A stretch of DNA of 63,261 nt, the filler included, from Candidatus Delongbacteria bacterium (GTDB lineage: Bacteria > UBA4055), in assembly GCA_016937995.1 (NCBI GenBank). It is 3 parts of 3 records of this genome, joined end to end, with 100 filler letters (N's around TTAATTAATTAA, not from the genome) between each part and the next. Parts side by side here need not be neighbours in the genome. Positions count along the whole stretch, not along the records: positions 58,516 to 63,261 come from JAFGVM010000052.1; 2 more parts are not named here. The stretch is one strand, 5' to 3'. Below the pieces are notes generated by a model. It searched no databases. It was not told where the DNA came from and was given only the letters and a program-made list of their open reading frames with translations. Of the stretch, positions 59,877-63,261 are shown one piece after another. Every line of letters begins with the position of its first letter. Within the stretch, counting starts at the first letter, position 1. The position numbers were made by a program, and so were the translations under genes.

Positions 59877-60948
59877 CATGGCATTTGTTCTGGTGTCAGT
59901 AGTCTCGTTAATACCGTATGTAGATATGCCGGATCATGTTCGTAATTTTATGATAGCTCTTCTTTCACCATGTCTGCTAATATTCGAACTTCTAAGAGAA
60001 GAGCAGAAGCACAGTTCAGATTCAATGATAATGACGATGCCGGTCAGCAAAAATATTTATGTATTCAGTAAATATTTGACGGTAGTAATATTAAGCCTGA
60101 CAGCTATACCTGCGGCATGGATGTCAAACTTTGTTTTTTCGGCGATTAACGGAAGCACATTGTCAGTAGCTCAGAGCTTTTTCTTTTTGCCCGGAATGTT
60201 GAAGATAATGATGGTTATTGTTCCTGCTGTATATTTTATCCTTCCTATCTATTATTTTACCAAAAAATTAAAAAGTTCAATTATTGCCGGTATAATTATT
60301 ATAGGATTAATAAACTTTCAATTACTACGCATGATCTACGAATATTTTTATATAACATTCTTTGAATATAACTTACATGAATTCTTCTTAAGTGCATTAA
60401 TAGTATTAGTTACTGCTGTAGTAGGACATTTGATAATAAAGCTATATTTTAGATCGGATCAGTCTGAATGGATACGCACAGGCTGGTTTGCAGTTATATT
60501 AATTCTTTCCGTCATTACTTTTGAAATCCTTATGAGAAATCTTCAATTTACTTACCTATATCTGCATGTCATTAAGAATGTCGATAATGTAACAGGAGAG
60601 CAAAAAGAGAGATTTATTAAGATAATCAGAGATTATAGACTTTATATATCTCTACTTTCAGTCAGTATGATCATTCTAGGTTCAATTCTTTATGTTATGC
60701 GTAAAAAAAGTACTCAATTATTCAACCAGAACAGTATTCTATATATTTTTTCCCCGACTATAATCATAATTGTTATTCAGCAATTAAAACACTCGGCAGA
60801 TACATTGTGTGAAAAAACATTTCTCTTAAAGTCGGAGTATTATCCTTATACGGAAAATGCTATGTTGTTGCTGACTATTATTGTGTCAGTAATAATTTCA
60901 ATCCGAGCTTCTATCTACCTATTAAAAAACAACAGGACGCTAAAATGA
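59815..60948 (+). CDS. ABC-2 family permease-like membrane protein (paralogue)
   Basis: Polytopic; TMPVSKNIYVFSKY motif. Confidence 0.78.
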   Translation: MKNLIMADLKVLGNRLWSVPLMAFVLVSVVSLIPYVDMPDHVRNFMIALLSPCLLIFELLREEQKHSSDSMIMTMPVSKNIYVFSKYLTVVILSLTAIPAAWMSNFVFSAINGSTLSVAQSFFFLPGMLKIMMVIVPAVYFILPIYYFTKKLKSSIIAGIIIIGLINFQLLRMIYEYFYITFFEYNLHEFFLSALIVLVTAVVGHLIIKLYFRSDQSEWIRTGWFAVILILSVITFEILMRNLQFTYLYLHVIKNVDNVTGEQKERFIKIIRDYRLYISLLSVSMIILGSILYVMRKKSTQLFNQNSILYIFSPTIIIIVIQQLKHSADTLCEKTFLLKSEYYPYTENAMLLLTIIVSVIISIRASIYLLKNNRTLK

Positions 60949-61622
60949 AGCACATAATTAAATCCAACTTATACCTGATATTCTGGGCGGACAAGTACTT
61001 TGGAGCAGTTGTTATAGCATTACTTATTGCGCCTGTGATAATACTCCAGGGACATTTTTCGGCCTATGCGATTGGGCTAGTGCTCTCGGTTTATTTTGCG
61101 CTGTTGAAGTTCAATTCTACTGTATCTTCGAGCAGGCACGACAGGATCAACGCGGCCATGCCTGTTGAAAAAGAAATAATCGTGACATCGCGTTTTTTTA
61201 CAGCGGCGATCATAACTGATCTGTTCACGCTTGCTGCGATCGGCGTTTCGGTCTGGGCGAACACGAAAAAGGTCATTTATGATTCGACTAAGGTTGATCT
61301 CGCCTTAAGGAAAATTGTGATAGAGATACATACTCCGGTGAGCGGGATTGTCGCGGGTCTCATCTTCGGGATACTGATGTCGGTGATTATTTCTTCGGTT
61401 TACCTGTACTTCTGGTCTAAGTTCGAGCACGACAGATATAATCTCTACTTTACGATGATTATAATAATCCTGGCTTTTGCGCTCAAACCGCTTCTCGAAG
61501 GAATATCCGATTCTGGCATAAGCATGATATGGGTGAATTTGATAATGTTATTCGCCGTCGTTCCTTCAGTGTGGGTCTCCCTTTCAAGGTCGATGGATTT
61601 GTTCGGAAAGAGAGAGTTTTAG
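60945..61622 (+). CDS. ABC-2 family permease
   Basis: About 6 TM helices; AMPVEKEIIVTSRF motif. Confidence 0.75.
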   Translation: MKHIIKSNLYLIFWADKYFGAVVIALLIAPVIILQGHFSAYAIGLVLSVYFALLKFNSTVSSSRHDRINAAMPVEKEIIVTSRFFTAAIITDLFTLAAIGVSVWANTKKVIYDSTKVDLALRKIVIEIHTPVSGIVAGLIFGILMSVIISSVYLYFWSKFEHDRYNLYFTMIIIILAFALKPLLEGISDSGISMIWVNLIMLFAVVPSVWVSLSRSMDLFGKREF

Positions 61623-61683
61623 AAAGTGTATTTTATGATTTAGGTGCAAAATCGTAAAGTAGACTTGTTGATTTGTTGATTTC

Positions 61684-62088
61684 CTATTTGGCGATAATTT
61701 CAAAAAACTCTGAAGGACTGATTATCTTTACTCCTTTAAATTTTGGAGCAGGAAAATGTTTAAGATTACCTGAAACCAGATATTGTGTGCCGGAACTTAC
61801 CGCTGCTTCAAGAAATTTCAAATCTTCTGCATCGGGAATTGATATATTCAAAGGAAAAGGCGATGCATGTAAGCCATTAGCCTTTATCTGCTCGATCAGG
61901 TCGGATATATTTTCGGGATCAAAATGAAATTTCGGTCTGGACATCACATTCAAATATTCTGTAATAATTCTGTAGTCATAGATCAATTCAATATAACCGG
62001 AAGCTACCAGCCTGACTATAAATCCAGGTATCCCATCAGGATTTAAAAGTCCGAAGATGAGAACATTTGTATCGAGAACTATCTTCAT
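61684..62088 (-). CDS. PIN-domain toxin (VapC-like)
   Basis: IVLDTNVL, PDAEDLKFLEAA, LVSGNLKHF. Confidence 0.9.
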   Translation of the reverse strand: MKIVLDTNVLIFGLLNPDGIPGFIVRLVASGYIELIYDYRIITEYLNVMSRPKFHFDPENISDLIEQIKANGLHASPFPLNISIPDAEDLKFLEAAVSSGTQYLVSGNLKHFPAPKFKGVKIISPSEFFEIIAK

Positions 62089-62366
62089 CGGTTCGCTCTT
62101 GCCGCTTTTATTTCAGCCTCGATTTCTTCCTCTGTCATTTTATTAAGGCCTCTTCTGACAGATCCTTCCTGAATTGACATAACCGCCTGTTCCGCTTTCA
62201 CTTTTCTCAAAATATCCAGAGATTTTTCATAATTTTCAGGGTCGGTTGACAGCATTATAGCCACAGGCTTGCCGTTTAGAGTTATTGTTATTGTATTTTC
62301 GTCCGAAAGGTCTTTCCAGATATCTTTCGGTTTTGTCCTGAAATCTCTTGCGCTTACGAACTTCAT
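62085..62366 (-). CDS. Phd/YefM-type antitoxin
   Basis: MKFVSARDFR..ITLNGKPVA; ATG 62366 after AAGGAG; ATGA overlap with the toxin. Confidence 0.88.
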   Translation of the reverse strand: MKFVSARDFRTKPKDIWKDLSDENTITITLNGKPVAIMLSTDPENYEKSLDILRKVKAEQAVMSIQEGSVRRGLNKMTEEEIEAEIKAARANR

Positions 62367-62396
62367 AGCTGACTCCTTTTTGTACTTTCTAACGAT

Positions 62397-62425
62397 AATA
62401 TACTCAATTGTCACACGATTGTCAA
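62397..62425 (-). promoter_or_regulatory. Toxin-antitoxin promoter with repeated TGACAAT operator-like motif
   Basis: Minus strand TTGACA-17nt-TATATT; TGACAAT occurs twice. Confidence 0.55.
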
Positions 62426-62519
62426 CAAAAAAATCGAATTTACTCTTGTATAAATAAAGTTTCAGGTTTACAATTAGAGTGTATTAGAAATATATTTATT
62501 AGAAGTTGGAGTAAAGAGG

Positions 62520-63221
62520 GTGAAAATAATTAAATATTTGGTCATTTTATCGGCAGTGCTGTTAGCTGTCGGCTGCACAAAAAAAGAAACCGATATCCCG
62601 CAAAAAACAGTCAAACTTACAAAGCTTTATACTATTGAAGGTTATCCTGAAGGTGCAGATACTACCAGAACATTTACGCTTACCTGGAATGCTACAAAGG
62701 TTGATAATGAAGGAAATGTTTTTATTAGGGATGAAAAATCAGGATCGATCAGAGTTTTTGATAAAAATGGAAAATTTAAGAATAATATTTCTATTACAGG
62801 AATGGGACCTGAGGAAATAGAATTTTTCAATACTTTCTATTTTGAAAATGATACTTTGTGTATCTTAGATAATCTTATAAAAATAAAGAAATTCCTAAAA
62901 AACGGTGCATATATTTCGACGAAAATTATAGAATTCGATGAGATAACGCGACCGCAAGAGATATATGAGTTGAACGATTCTACTCTAATTATGGAGATGA
63001 CAACATTTAAAAGAGAGGAAAGTAGTCTTCTTTGGGGACAAATATTATCAATAGTGAACAAAGATATGAAAACAAAAAAGATCATTTATAAATCTTATTT
63101 AGATTATCCTAAAGAGGGAAAACAGATTCTGTTTAAAAAACCTATTTTTGCATACAACGATAGTAGTATTTTTGGGGTTAATGGTCAAAAAGTGGGTGCT
63201 AAAATCGTTGTAACTCATTAA
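62520..63221 (+). CDS. 6-bladed beta-propeller-like lipoprotein, probably 3'-truncated
   Basis: AVGC lipobox; VDNEGNVFIRD..IRVFDKNGKF..GMGPEE; the last ~15 aa look foreign. Confidence 0.7.
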   Translation: MKIIKYLVILSAVLLAVGCTKKETDIPQKTVKLTKLYTIEGYPEGADTTRTFTLTWNATKVDNEGNVFIRDEKSGSIRVFDKNGKFKNNISITGMGPEEIEFFNTFYFENDTLCILDNLIKIKKFLKNGAYISTKIIEFDEITRPQEIYELNDSTLIMEMTTFKREESSLLWGQILSIVNKDMKTKKIIYKSYLDYPKEGKQILFKKPIFAYNDSSIFGVNGQKVGAKIVVTH

Positions 63222-63261
63222 GATTTGATTATATAAGTTCATATTTTTATTTTTAGAGTTA
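63174..63261. mobile_element. Putative transposon/IS terminal inverted repeat at contig end
   Basis: GGGGTTAATGGTCAAAAAG...CATTAAG begins where the propeller pattern breaks; sequence ends 39 nt later. Confidence 0.4.

Noticed and set aside
184..63085. Numerous short ORFs antisense or out of frame to long genes (e.g. 184-375, 2732-2926, 5875-6156, 18684-18896, 33748-34089, 62642-62830)
   Set aside because: Shadow ORFs overlapping well-supported genes or repeats, without recognisable motifs; 18684-18896 is the antisense of rpmH

Overview
AT-rich bacterial draft or metagenome-assembled sequence made of three contigs joined by artificial 100-nt N/TTAATTAATTAA linkers (30706-30805 and 58416-58515), so adjacency across the linkers is not biological. 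LPS-heptose genes, YQNYPNPFNP-type C-terminal sorting domains and anaerobe-type genes suggest a diderm FCB-group organism, possibly Delongbacteria- or Cloacimonadota-like (inference only). Contig 1 carries a YedE/SirA/desulfurase/DUF3343 selenium-sulfur cluster, prfC, an ABC-F protein, two large secreted proteins, an unusual YjfI-like/HTH-like/mini-PspA-like/PLD operon, and rpmH-rnpA-yidD-yidC extended by a prenyltransferase and a pseudo-cyclase STAND-TPR protein. Contig 2 carries iscS and an iscU-DUF59 fusion, a long envelope/lipid gene run, a C10 protease split by one in-frame TAA, gcvT, a MacAB-like exporter and a RAYT transposase fragment that the ORF track missed. Contig 3 carries an ABC-2 exporter with permease paralogues sharing identical 5' ends, a PIN/Phd toxin-antitoxin pair and a lipoprotein probably truncated by a transposon end. 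Intergenic spaces are dense with several REP-like palindrome families, one containing a possible pseudoknot. No rRNA, tRNA or CRISPR array was seen. All family assignments come from motif recognition by eye, not database searches.
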